Assembly (NCBI GenBank): GCA_963746775.1
Contig: CAVVCK010000002.1
Coordinates: forward strand, 497,656 to 547,535
DNA: 49,880 nt
Source: an uncultured bacterium
Lineage (GTDB): Bacteria; Patescibacteriota; JABMPQ01; CAVVCK01
Direction: 5' to 3'
The notes beneath the pieces are model-generated. The model was not told the DNA's origin, made no database searches, and worked only from the letters and a program-made list of their open reading frames with translations. Of this stretch, positions 9,005 to 18,629 are shown piece by piece. A program made the translations under genes and the position numbers. Every line of letters begins with the position of its first letter. Within the stretch, counting starts at the first letter, position 1.

Positions 9005-9868
9005 ATGTCCAAAGACAAATTCACAGCTCACTGGTTTTCTCATTCTTCCATAAAAGACTTTCTAGATTGTCCGCGTGCTTATTATTTAAAAAATGTTTAT
9101 AAGAATCCAAAAACTAATCGTAAAATCCAGCTTGTCTCTCCTCCTATGGCCTTAGGTCTTGCAGTTCATGAAGTTTTAGAATCCTTATCTCTTTTAAATA
9201 AAGACACTCGCTTCGAAAAACCCTTACATGAGAAGTTTGATCAAGCTTGGAGTAAAGTAAGTGGCAAAAGAGGTGGCTTCCTAGATGAAAATGTTGAGTA
9301 TAGATACAAAAAACGTGGCCAAGAAATGCTCAGCAGAGTATATAAAAATCCAGGACCCCTTAAAAATTTAGCTGTCAAAATAAAACAAGACTTGCCATAC
9401 TATTGGCTATCAGAAGAAAAAGAAATAATTTTGTGTGGCAAATTAGACTGGTTAGAATATCTAAAAGAAACTGACAGTGTCCATATTATTGATTTTAAAA
9501 CAGGTAAAAGTACTGAAGATGATGACTCACTCCAACTTCCTATCTATTTATTACTTGCTACTAATTGCCAACCAAGAAAAGTTAATAGAGCCAGTTATTG
9601 GTATTTAGATAGAGATAACAAACCTATAGAAGTTAAATTACCTAATTTAGAAGAAGCAGAAAAGAAAATTTTAAAAATTACTGAGAAAATAAAGCTCGCC
9701 CGTCAATTAGAAAAATTTAAATGCCCCAAAAATGGGTGCTACGCTTGCAAACCTTATGAAAAAATAATAAGCGGTGAAGCTGAACTAGTTGGAGCTGATT
9801 TATATAATAGAGATGTTTATATTTTAAAGGAGAAGAAAGAAAATAGTAAAGAAAGTGTGATTTTGTAG
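9005..9868 (+). CDS. PD-(D/E)XK nuclease, Cas4/RecB-like with Cys cluster
   Basis: An N-terminal Cys (DCPRAYYL), IIDFKTGK (D..K core), QLPIYLL (QxxxY) and a C-terminal CPKNGCYAC cluster give the Cas4/AddB-type 4-Cys arrangement. Confidence 0.65.
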   Translation: MSKDKFTAHWFSHSSIKDFLDCPRAYYLKNVYKNPKTNRKIQLVSPPMALGLAVHEVLESLSLLNKDTRFEKPLHEKFDQAWSKVSGKRGGFLDENVEYRYKKRGQEMLSRVYKNPGPLKNLAVKIKQDLPYYWLSEEKEIILCGKLDWLEYLKETDSVHIIDFKTGKSTEDDDSLQLPIYLLLATNCQPRKVNRASYWYLDRDNKPIEVKLPNLEEAEKKILKITEKIKLARQLEKFKCPKNGCYACKPYEKIISGEAELVGADLYNRDVYILKEKKENSKESVIL

Positions 9869-9892
9869 AAATTTGTTAAAAATTAAATACTC

Positions 9893-9939
9893 AAGGCTCA
9901 ACCTTTTTTAAGATTTAAGATTGAGCCTTTTGCTTTTTT
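9893..9939 (+). terminator. intrinsic terminator
   Basis: aaggctcaa / ttgagcctt stem followed by ttgctttttt. Confidence 0.55.
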
Positions 9940-10002
9940 ATCTACCCGTTTTTTAAGGAGAATTCTATTACCCTCGTGTTATATTGTTATCTTGATTCAT
10001 TT

Positions 10003-10072
10003 CTGCTATATTAAGCATATATTATACGAATAATTTATTCGTATAATTAATATAAATTAGTATATTAGCATC
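10003..10072 (+). repeat. member of the TACGAAT/ATTAGCATCG repeat family (variant copy)
   Basis: Contains ttatacgaat-aattt-attcgtataa and the family end agtatattagcatc, 8 nt before the PBP ATG. In this copy the left end is a direct rather than an inverted copy. Confidence 0.5.
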
Positions 10073-10080
10073 TAAAAAAT

Positions 10081-12993
10081 ATGAAGAAATTTGATCTATC
10101 TTATAATGATATCAAAAAAGGTCCTAAAAAGTCTGATTTTAGTCAAAATAGTACCTCGCCTAAGAGTAAGTCTAAAAATAATAAATCTAAACCAGCCAAT
10201 AACCAGCCCAAAAACACCAGAAATCAATCTTTTGGTAAAAAAATAAAATCTATCCTAAAAAGCAAGAAATTTAAAAGAACTGTTTTAAAAATTGCCTTAG
10301 TTTGTTTTGGTTTGTTTTTAATAGGTATAGTAGGAGTCTTTGCTTATTTTTCTAAAGATCTGCCTAGTCCCGATAAGATTAATGACAGAAATGTAGCTGA
10401 ATCCACTAAAATATATGATCGTACTGGCGATACTCTTCTCTATGAAATTCACGGGGAAGCTAAAAGAACCCTGGTATCTCTTGATCAAGTGTCAGATTAT
10501 GTAGAAAAAGCTACTATTTCAGCAGAAGACAAAGATTTTTATAGACATTTTGGTTTTGACCCTAAGGGCATATTAAGATCACTTTTTCTAAATGCTAAGG
10601 GAGATAATAAAGTCGGTGGCTCTACTATCACCCAGCAATTTGTTAAAAATTCTATTTTAACTTCGGAAAAAACTTATACCAGAAAAATAAAAGAACTTAT
10701 CTTAGCAGTCGAGATAGAAATAAAATTTTCCAAAAACGAGATTCTGCAAATGTATATGAATGAAATTCCTTATGGTTCAAATGCTTATGGTGTAGAAGCT
10801 GCTTCTGAAACTTTTTTTGAAAAAAAGGCTCAGGATTTAACTCTAGCCCAAGCTGCTATGCTTGCTTCTCTACCGCAAAGACCAACATATTATTCACCCT
10901 ATGGAAATCATATGGATGAATTAAAAACTAGACAAGAATGGGTACTAGACCGTATGGCTGAAGATGGTTATATAACTCAAGACGAAGCAGATCAAGCTAA
11001 AGGAGAAAAGATAGTTTTCGCCGAAGAAAAAGAAGGTATTATTGCTCCTCATTTTGTAATGTATGTCAAAGACCAATTAGCAGAAAAATACGGAGATAAA
11101 TTAATTCAAGAAGGAGGATTAAAAGTATATACTACTCTTGATTATGATATGCAGCTAAAGGCAGAAAAAGCTGTCACTGAAGGGGTAGAGAGAAATTATG
11201 CCTATGGTGCCAGTAATGCTGCTTTAGTTGCCATAGATCCAAAAACAGGTCAGATATTAGCCATGCAAGGATCTAAAGATTACTTTGACAAAGAGCATGA
11301 TGGCAATGTTAATGTAGCTATAAGAGATAGGCAACCAGGATCTTCTTTTAAACCATATGCCTATGCCAAAGCTTTCGAAAAAGGTTATACACCAGACACT
11401 GTTTTATTTGATCTTGAAACAGATTTTGGCAATAATTATAAACCAAAAAACTATAGCCTTAATCAAAATGGTCCAGTTACTATGAAAAAAGCTCTCGCCG
11501 GTTCACTTAATATCCCAGCTGTAAAAACCCTATACTTAGCAGGAATTGAAGATACTATGGACCTAGCCAAAAGAATGGGAATCAATACCCTAACTGATCC
11601 AAGTCGATATGGTTTATCGCTAGTATTAGGAGGAGGAGAAGTAAAATTATTAGAGCATGTAGCCGCTTTCTCAGTATTTGCTAACGATGGCCTAAAACAA
11701 GAAAAAACCGCTATTCTAAAAATCATTGACCATAATGGCAAAACCATAGAAAATAATGAACAGAGAGAGGGAGAACAAGTTATAGATCAACAAATTGCTA
11801 AACAAATATCTGGTATATTATCTGATAATAATGAACGATCTTATATTTTTGGAACTCACAATGATTTAGTTTTATCCCGTACAGCTGCTGCAAAAACAGG
11901 CACTACTCAAGAGTATAGAGATGCCTGGACCGTTGGTTATACTCCAAATTTAGCAGCTGGAATATGGGTAGGAAACAATGATAATACTCCCATGCAGCAA
12001 GGTGCAGGTGGAATAAAATTAGCCACACCAATTTGGAACAACTTTATGGAAAATGCTCTGCAAGGTATGGCTGTAGAAAATTTTCAAGCACCAGAAAAAG
12101 TAGAAACTAAAAAAGCTATCTTAAATGGCAAAACTGCCGAAGAAACAAAAGTAACAGTTTGTCTGCCCTCTGGCAAATTAGCTACAGACAGATGCCCAGA
12201 TGATTTGAAAGAAGAAAGATCATACCGTAAGGTTCACTCAATACTATATTATGTAGATAAAAATAATCCCCAAGGACCAATCCCTTCAAATCCAGCATCT
12301 GATCCTCAATTTGAAAAATGGGAAGGACCAGTTCGAGCTTGGGCTGAAGGACAAGGATACAAAAACGAAGAACCTCCAACAGAATATGATGACATGCATG
12401 ATGTAAAAAATGAACCTTCTATAGAAATTACTTCCCCGCTTGATAAAGAAGTAATTACCGAAAGTCCCGATACAATCTCAGTCACTACCTCAGCACCATT
12501 AGGAATTAAAAAAGTTGAATTCTATTTAGATAGTACCTTAATCGGAGCTGATTTAACCGGACCATATCAACAAAGCTTTAATGCTACCCAGTATGAAAAT
12601 GGTAATCATGTTATAACTGCTCGAGTATATGATATTGTCGGTAATCGTAAAGAAAGTAAGGTTAATATTGTAATTGCTATTAGTAAACCACCAACTATTA
12701 CTTTATTATCACCTTCAAATGGTATATCATTGACAAAATCTAGCTTCCCTCAAACTATTTCAGCTCAAGCATCTGCTTCTAATGGAATTAATAATATTAA
12801 ATTTTACGCAACCAATATTGGTACAGACAGTGATGGTTTGATTGAAAGAATAGAGCCAGATACTACCAGCCAAACCAATTTTTCTACTGCCTGGGCATAT
12901 CCTGGACCTGGAACATATACAATTTATGCTGTAGTTTTAGATAATGACAACAAGTCTGCTTATACTCAAAAAGTTACTGTGGTAATTGAATAA
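10081..12993 (+). CDS. class A penicillin-binding protein (glycosyltransferase GT51 + transpeptidase) with C-terminal Ig-like domains
   Basis: GT51 motifs EDKDFYRHFG, GGSTITQQ and RKIKE. Transpeptidase motifs SSFKP, SLN and KTGT. It has an N-terminal Lys/Ser/Asn-rich tail plus a TM segment, and two C-terminal beta-rich repeats. Confidence 0.9.
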   Translation: MKKFDLSYNDIKKGPKKSDFSQNSTSPKSKSKNNKSKPANNQPKNTRNQSFGKKIKSILKSKKFKRTVLKIALVCFGLFLIGIVGVFAYFSKDLPSPDKINDRNVAESTKIYDRTGDTLLYEIHGEAKRTLVSLDQVSDYVEKATISAEDKDFYRHFGFDPKGILRSLFLNAKGDNKVGGSTITQQFVKNSILTSEKTYTRKIKELILAVEIEIKFSKNEILQMYMNEIPYGSNAYGVEAASETFFEKKAQDLTLAQAAMLASLPQRPTYYSPYGNHMDELKTRQEWVLDRMAEDGYITQDEADQAKGEKIVFAEEKEGIIAPHFVMYVKDQLAEKYGDKLIQEGGLKVYTTLDYDMQLKAEKAVTEGVERNYAYGASNAALVAIDPKTGQILAMQGSKDYFDKEHDGNVNVAIRDRQPGSSFKPYAYAKAFEKGYTPDTVLFDLETDFGNNYKPKNYSLNQNGPVTMKKALAGSLNIPAVKTLYLAGIEDTMDLAKRMGINTLTDPSRYGLSLVLGGGEVKLLEHVAAFSVFANDGLKQEKTAILKIIDHNGKTIENNEQREGEQVIDQQIAKQISGILSDNNERSYIFGTHNDLVLSRTAAAKTGTTQEYRDAWTVGYTPNLAAGIWVGNNDNTPMQQGAGGIKLATPIWNNFMENALQGMAVENFQAPEKVETKKAILNGKTAEETKVTVCLPSGKLATDRCPDDLKEERSYRKVHSILYYVDKNNPQGPIPSNPASDPQFEKWEGPVRAWAEGQGYKNEEPPTEYDDMHDVKNEPSIEITSPLDKEVITESPDTISVTTSAPLGIKKVEFYLDSTLIGADLTGPYQQSFNATQYENGNHVITARVYDIVGNRKESKVNIVIAISKPPTITLLSPSNGISLTKSSFPQTISAQASASNGINNIKFYATNIGTDSDGLIERIEPDTTSQTNFSTAWAYPGPGTYTIYAVVLDNDNKSAYTQKVTVVIE

Positions 12994-13010
12994 TATCTAT
13001 AGATTAATAA

Positions 13011-13051
13011 AAAAAGCCAATTCATTTCTTCCTGAACGAATTGGCTTTTTT
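13011..13051. terminator. bidirectional intrinsic terminator
   Basis: aaaaagccaattc / gaattggcttttt 13-bp stem with an A-run on one side and a T-run on the other, between convergent genes. Confidence 0.7.
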
Positions 13052-13103
13052 ATATTTATAATATAAATTCAATATTTTTACTCAAAGTTATTCATACTCT
13101 TAA

Positions 13104-13916
13104 TTAGAATAGTCTGTTTTTTCCTACAATTAAATCCAAATATTTAGGATAAATTTTGAATTTTAAAGAAGATCTTTTAATTTTTCGACCATCAATATTT
13201 ACTTCTATCTTATTTTCAGTTTCAAGACTTAATTTCCTCGTTTGTAAAAAACTTGACTTTGTTTGATTATTAACCACACTCTCACAAATAAGTATATCAA
13301 GCAAGCCATCTCTAGGATTTACATTCCCCTTAATATTACCTTCTTTGATTTTTTTCATATCATCAGCTGTGGGCATATTTATAATAGAATATTCTTCTGC
13401 CTGAGCCTGTACTTTGTATCCTTCTAAAAAATCAAAATCAATCAGAGGAGGTTCTTTTTTTAGTATTTTTTTAAAAACAGAACTGATATTATTTTCTGGA
13501 AATGCTTTAATTGTAACTGAAGTTAAAAAGTAATAATCATCTACTTTCCCTAAATCAACACGGGCAATTTTTCTTGATGAAATCTCCTGGCAACATTCAT
13601 CTAAATCATTTGGCATACCTAAACTTTCAGCAATTTTTGAATATCTCAAAGGAATCATTCCAAAAGCAATTTTTCTTCCTGAATGTGCAATCATATCAAT
13701 AGATTGAGCGGCTACCTTATCATCACCTATAGCTACAATATTAGTACACCTCTTATCTTGCAAAGCTTCTCTGATTATTTCTTCAATTGGCCGTAGAAGA
13801 CTTATTTGTGCTCTTTCATCACCAATACCAAGATTAGCTAATTTAATGCTTATTTGTTCTAATTTTTTAGAAAACTTTGATTTTTTAGCAAAATTATCAC
13901 AAATGTAAAAATACAT
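13104..13916 (-). CDS. diacylglycerol/lipid kinase-fold (DAGK_cat/YegS-like) protein
   Basis: 270 aa. IVAIGDDKVAAQSIDMI occupies the position of the GGDGT loop, and the overall pattern resembles divergent lipid or NAD kinases. The call is weak. Confidence 0.4.
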   Translation of the reverse strand: MYFYICDNFAKKSKFSKKLEQISIKLANLGIGDERAQISLLRPIEEIIREALQDKRCTNIVAIGDDKVAAQSIDMIAHSGRKIAFGMIPLRYSKIAESLGMPNDLDECCQEISSRKIARVDLGKVDDYYFLTSVTIKAFPENNISSVFKKILKKEPPLIDFDFLEGYKVQAQAEEYSIINMPTADDMKKIKEGNIKGNVNPRDGLLDILICESVVNNQTKSSFLQTRKLSLETENKIEVNIDGRKIKRSSLKFKIYPKYLDLIVGKNRLF

Positions 13917-13965
13917 GTTGATTAATCAAAATTATAACAACAAGCTAATTTTTTATTAATACTTT

Positions 13966-14385
13966 CTATTGTTCCCTTTCCGGAATATCTTCTTCTTTCT
14001 GTTCTTTGTTCACTGGAACTTCTTTTTCTTTGCCTTGGTCCATAGATGATTGACCAGAGAAATGTGCTCCTTCTACTATAGATAAAATTTTAGCGTTAAT
14101 ATCACCTTCAACTTCACCATTTTCTTTAATTTCTAGTTTTTCAGCCTTAATATTTCCTTCAACTCTGCCTGCTACAATAATAATATTTCCATTTAATTCA
14201 CCTTTAACTTCTGCTTCACTACCTACATCTATATTTTTCTCTGTAGTAACCTTACCATTTACTTTACCATTAATAGAAATACTTCCTTCACTAGAAAAAT
14301 CTCCCTCTAAACTTACAGAATCACCAATTACAGTTTCTATATCTTCTTCATTATAATTTTCTTCATCATTTGGATCTTTAAACAT
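13966..14385 (-). CDS. bactofilin
   Basis: Repetitive beta-helix pattern G.V.G.I....V.V...A.V.G.L plus acidic tails (DUF583-like). Confidence 0.8.
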   Translation of the reverse strand: MFKDPNDEENYNEEDIETVIGDSVSLEGDFSSEGSISINGKVNGKVTTEKNIDVGSEAEVKGELNGNIIIVAGRVEGNIKAEKLEIKENGEVEGDINAKILSIVEGAHFSGQSSMDQGKEKEVPVNKEQKEEDIPEREQ

Positions 14386-14466
14386 TTTTTTTGCTTAATT
14401 TATATAATATTAAAAATCGTTATACTTATTATTATTTTATTATAATTTCGAAAAAAGTAAATGTTA

Positions 14467-14949
14467 TTATTTTTCTCCAACGCTAGAGTTATCTTGAGCT
14501 TTTTTCATAACTTCCATTTCTTCTTCTGTCAAATTATGGCTAGATTTTCCAAAAATAATAGGCTTCGCATAGATTCTTGTACCAGATCTACTATGTAGCG
14601 AAGAAATAACTATACCATTATCTTTTAAATCAAGCAAGGCTATAGAAAAACTCTGATCCCCTCCAGTATCTCCAAAAGGATTGTAGCGTATAATCGCTTC
14701 TTTACTAATACTGCGAGTAGCAATATTTTTTATTTCCTGGCTAGATTTATATAATTTATAAATATCTCTCTCAATCTGATTATTTTTTTCAAATACTTCT
14801 TTCAAGAAATGCTCTACTCCCATTTCTTTAACTTGTTTGGTAATTTTCTTTTTATCTTTCAAATATGACCAAAAAATAAAAGAAAGTATTCCCAACCAGA
14901 TTAATATTAGAATGTTTAAAATTAAAAGTAGATTAGAACTAATTATCAT
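14467..14949 (-). CDS. DUF4446-like membrane-anchored protein
   Basis: N-terminal TM segment, then RYNPFGDTGGDQSFSIALLD..NG.VISSLHSRSGTRIYAKPI, which I recognise as the DUF4446 core. Confidence 0.55.
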   Translation of the reverse strand: MIISSNLLLILNILILIWLGILSFIFWSYLKDKKKITKQVKEMGVEHFLKEVFEKNNQIERDIYKLYKSSQEIKNIATRSISKEAIIRYNPFGDTGGDQSFSIALLDLKDNGIVISSLHSRSGTRIYAKPIIFGKSSHNLTEEEMEVMKKAQDNSSVGEK

Positions 14950-15144
14950 TATATTTATTATTCACAGCTGTGATTAACACAATTTCGTGTTTTTTTTATT
15001 TATTATAATACCATCCCTGAAATTTGTCCGCCTCTCTGCCTCCATTAGCGGATGCACCGTTAGAGGCGCATATCAGAAGATTCGCCGTTTAAGGCGAATA
15101 ATTTGTTTGGAAATTGTAATTTGGTAATTTGCAATTTTATATAA

Positions 15145-15835
15145 TGGGTCCGGGAGGAATCGAACCTCCGACCAATCGGTTATGCTTCCTGCTACGATTT
15201 TCATCGCCTCTTTCGAGTTTGTAGGCTGGACTGTCTCTTATCTAATATAATATATTAGATCTTGCCGTACAGTCTCTACACCTTTCTTGTTATTACAAGA
15301 TTTGGCTCGGGATTGTCATATTTTGATTTTTATCAAAATTTAGATTTCCCCGAATTTGACAAGTTTTACTTATTAATATTTTAATAAGTAGCCCTTTGAC
15401 AGATTAACATATTTAAGTAAAATAAAGTTATGAAACAATTGACTAACTGTAAAATTTGCAAAGAAAAATTACACGGCAAACAAAAAAAATATTGTTCTAT
15501 TGCCTGTAAAAATAAAGCATTGCAAAGTTATTCAGCTCAAAAAAAACGTGGTTTAAAGAGAAAGCTTGATTTAATAAAGGCACGAGGCGGTTGCTGTTCA
15601 GTTTGTAGTTACAAAAAGAATTTAGCCGCACTTACCTTTCATCATATTAATTCAAATAAAAAATTTAAATTAGATATAAGATCTCTTTCAAACCGTACTT
15701 TAAATACTATTCTTGATGAAGTTAAGAAATGTATTTTAGTTTGTCATAATTGTCATGCTGAGATGCATAACCCTCACTTAAATTTAGCTAATTTGTTTAA
15801 CGAGCCGACTGCTCTAACCGCTGAGCTACGGACCC
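15145..15835 (-). tRNA. tRNA with anticodon CAU (Met or Ile2), interrupted in the anticodon loop by a group I intron
   Basis: The 5' exon 15835-15803 reads GGGUCCGUAGCUCAGCGGUUAGAGCAGUCGGCU. The 3' exon 15184-15145 reads CAUAACCGAUUGGUCGGAGGUUCGAUUCCUCCCGGACCCA. Acceptor, D, anticodon and T stems all pair, and the joined loop is CUCAUAA. CCA is not encoded. Confidence 0.85.
15185..15802 (-). mobile_element. group I intron (IC3-like, tRNA anticodon-loop type)
   Basis: Conserved core strands are GUCAAAUUCGGGGAAAUCUAAAU, GACAAUCCCGAGCCAAA, GAAAGGUGUAGAGACUGUACGGCAAG and AAGAGACAGUCCAGCC. Pairable helices: P2, P3 CUUGUC/GGCAAG, P7 GACUG/CAGUC, P8, and two GAAA-capped P9 hairpins. A U precedes the 5' splice site and the last intron base is G. 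Confidence 0.8.
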
Positions 15836-15843
15836 ATAAGTAG
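15430..15843 (+). CDS. HNH homing-type endonuclease, encoded antisense to the intron
   Basis: CSVC...FHHIN...N...LVCHNCHAEMH is the zinc-finger HNH motif; 137 aa. The last 14 codons (NEPTALTAELRTHK) read antisense through the tRNA 5' exon. Confidence 0.8.
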   Translation: MKQLTNCKICKEKLHGKQKKYCSIACKNKALQSYSAQKKRGLKRKLDLIKARGGCCSVCSYKKNLAALTFHHINSNKKFKLDIRSLSNRTLNTILDEVKKCILVCHNCHAEMHNPHLNLANLFNEPTALTAELRTHK

Positions 15844-15863
15844 AAGTTCAAAAATTTGAGCCT

Positions 15864-16769
15864 CTACGTATGAGTTAATTCTCTGTATACTAACGTCCAC
15901 AAAGTAGATTTAAATGTATTTAGAATTGCACCAATAAATATAAATAACACACCGATTATCAATATACCCAAAATTATTAACAAAATACCACCAATTATAC
16001 CTGCCCCGAAGTGAATAATTGTTCCTATTAATATTAATGGAATACCAAATAATAAACCCAAAAATAACAAAGTAATTAATATTATAGCAGAAATAGCTGC
16101 ATTAATGGCAAACAAAATAATTGAAATTAAAATTGAAACTAATAAATTATCTTTAAAAATATTAAAACCAATTTTAATAGCTGGTATTAATTTCTCTTTG
16201 TTAATAACTATAATACGCGAAGCATAATTTGAAGTAAAGCTTATTATAATTACTAAAGGTATAAAGATAACAATAGCTAAAAGCGCTAATATAAATCCTC
16301 TAAAAGACATATTAAGAATAAAAAGCATTACAACAGGCAAGCCTAATATAGCTAATCCTATTATAATCAATAAGGCAGATAATATTTGTAATACTAATAT
16401 TTTCCAAAAATACCTTAAGCTTGATTTAAAAGCTTTAGAAAAATTAGACTCCCCTGTTTCTTCAATTTCATTTACTCCAACAATTATAGCACCTTGTGAA
16501 GTGGTTTTTAAAAAAACCATTACTAGCAACACGGCTATAACAATAAAAGTAACAATCCCAACTATGGCTATATTTTCAAAAACTAATCCTTCGCCTTTCT
16601 TGATAATATTAAAACTTTGATTATTATCTATCTTATTATAAAAGCTGCTAAAATTACCATTAAAACTGCTGCTTAAGGAAGACCCTCCCAAAAACAAACC
16701 AAAAAACCATAAAAATTTGTATTTCCCTGTTATATGCCAAGCTCTTTTTATTAACTTCCAATAATCCAT
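15864..16769 (-). CDS. polytopic membrane protein, unknown function
   Basis: 301 aa with about 6 long hydrophobic segments rich in I/L/G. No recognisable motif. Confidence 0.55.
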   Translation of the reverse strand: MDYWKLIKRAWHITGKYKFLWFFGLFLGGSSLSSSFNGNFSSFYNKIDNNQSFNIIKKGEGLVFENIAIVGIVTFIVIAVLLVMVFLKTTSQGAIIVGVNEIEETGESNFSKAFKSSLRYFWKILVLQILSALLIIIGLAILGLPVVMLFILNMSFRGFILALLAIVIFIPLVIIISFTSNYASRIIVINKEKLIPAIKIGFNIFKDNLLVSILISIILFAINAAISAIILITLLFLGLLFGIPLILIGTIIHFGAGIIGGILLIILGILIIGVLFIFIGAILNTFKSTLWTLVYRELTHT

Positions 16770-18629
16770 TTATTTATCATCTTTAATTTCTTTTTCTTTT
16801 TTTTCAACTTTTTTACCATCCATTAATTCTTCAAATTCATCTCTTTCAATTGTTTCTTTATCTATTAACCTCTTATATATTTTATTTAATTTATCTTTAT
16901 TCTCCAACACAATTTTCTCTGCTTTAGTTTGACCTTGAACAATAAATTTCTTTACTTCTTTATCTATTTGAGCAGCCACTTCCTCGCTATAATCTCTTTG
17001 TTCTGATATATCTCTACCTAAGAAAACTAGTTCGTCTTTTTGTCCAAAAGTCATAGGACCCAAAACATCTGACATTCCATACTGCATTACTAATCTTCTA
17101 GCTAATTTCGTGGCCTCACTCAAATCATTAGTAGCCCCAGTAGTTATATCACCAAATATAATCTTTTCTGTCACATACCCGCCCATCATTACAGCCAAAT
17201 CATCTAAAAATTCCGCCTTAGAATGAAAATGTCTATCTTGATCGGGTAATTTCAGAGTGTATCCAGCTGCCCTGCCTCTAGCTATTATGGAAATTTTATG
17301 AACAGGATCAGTATTAGGTAATAAATGTGCTATTAGAGCATGTCCTGCTTCATGATAAGCTGTAATATCTTTTTCATTTTTAGACATAACTGCACTTTTT
17401 CTCTCTGGCCCTAACATTACTTTTTCTATAGAATCAAGTATATAACGTAATATTATTTTTTTCTTTCCTAATTTAGCTGTAAGTATTGCTCCTTCGTTTA
17501 ATAAATTTTTTAAATCTGCACCAGAAAAACCAGGAGTCCTCTGAGCTACTATTTTTAAATCAACATCAGCTGCCATTGGTTTTCCTTTAGCGTGTATTTT
17601 TAAAATCTCTATTCTATCTTTTATGTCTGGTAAACCTAGAGTTACTTGACGATCAAAACGACCAGGACGCAGTAGCGCCGGATCTAGTACATCCGGTCTA
17701 TTAGTAGCGGCAATTACTATCACATTTGTATCTTGTTCAAATCCATCCATTTCAGTTAAGATTTGATTTAGGGTTTGCTCTCTTTCATCATGACTACCTC
17801 CAAGGCCTGCTCCTCTTTGTCTGCCTACAGCATCAATCTCATCAACAAAAACGATACAAGGTGAATTCTTTTTAGCTTTATCAAATAAACTACGTACGCG
17901 AGAAGCACCAACACCAACAAACATTTCCACAAATTCTGAACCAGAAATATGAAAAAATGGAACACCAGCTTCACCTGATACTGCTCTAGCTAACAATGTC
18001 TTACCTGTTCCCGGAGGTCCCATTAATAAAACTCCCTTAGGAATTTCTGCACCCAAATCTTTAAACTTTTTAGGATTTTTTAGAAAATCTACTACTTCCC
18101 ATAATTCTTCTTTGACTTCTTCTGATCCAGCTACATCTTTGAAAACTGTCTTCTTTTTATTTTTACTTTCTTCAGCTTTCTTGGCACTACTTTGTCCAAA
18201 CATCATGGCTCGATTGTTTCCTTTTTGTAGAGATCTTGTCATAAAATATATAAAGACAGCAATAAAAGCAAAAGGAATTAAAAATGGTAAAACATTAGCA
18301 GCAAATAAAGCTAAGCCTGATTTTTCAACTATTTGAATATTTACTTGGTTTAATTTTTCCTGATCTACCCCATAATTTTTTAAGGTTTCAGTTAGAGAAG
18401 ATTCTACCTCTTTACGTGCTACTAAATCTGCTCCATCTTTTGGTTTAATTGTTAGTTTATTTTCCTCAACACTTATTTTTTCAATTTCATTATTATTAAT
18501 TTTATTAGCCACATCTGATAATGATATTTCTTCAGGTTGAGTCAGGGGAACTTGCCACATAGCAAATATACTCGCAATAACGAGGAATATAATAAAAGCA
18601 ATGGCAATATTCTTAGCTAGGTTTTTCAT
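16770..18629 (-). CDS. ftsH: ATP-dependent zinc metalloprotease FtsH
   Basis: Walker [14 protein letters not shown], the second region of homology, and the HEAGHAL zinc site. Two N-terminal TM segments. Confidence 0.95.
   Translation of the reverse strand: MKNLAKNIAIAFIIFLVIASIFAMWQVPLTQPEEISLSDVANKINNNEIEKISVEENKLTIKPKDGADLVARKEVESSLTETLKNYGVDQEKLNQVNIQIVEKSGLALFAANVLPFLIPFAFIAVFIYFMTRSLQKGNNRAMMFGQSSAKKAEESKNKKKTVFKDVAGSEEVKEELWEVVDFLKNPKKFKDLGAEIPKGVLLMGPPGTGKTLLARAVSGEAGVPFFHISGSEFVEMFVGVGASRVRSLFDKAKKNSPCIVFVDEIDAVGRQRGAGLGGSHDEREQTLNQILTEMDGFEQDTNVIVIAATNRPDVLDPALLRPGRFDRQVTLGLPDIKDRIEILKIHAKGKPMAADVDLKIVAQRTPGFSGADLKNLLNEGAILTAKLGKKKIILRYILDSIEKVMLGPERKSAVMSKNEKDITAYHEAGHALIAHLLPNTDPVHKISIIARGRAAGYTLKLPDQDRHFHSKAEFLDDLAVMMGGYVTEKIIFGDITTGATNDLSEATKLARRLVMQYGMSDVLGPMTFGQKDELVFLGRDISEQRDYSEEVAAQIDKEVKKFIVQGQTKAEKIVLENKDKLNKIYKRLIDKETIERDEFEELMDGKKVEKKEKEIKDDK

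Noticed and set aside
15145-15835. Alternative reading of the split tRNA as tRNA-Thr(CGU), with the splice after U36
   Set aside because: CUCGU could pair with GUGAG in the intron, but that model needs the intron to end in U (..GCAU|AACC) instead of the near-universal terminal G, or else gives a 10-nt anticodon loop. Only the U33|C34 junction satisfies both splice-site rules.
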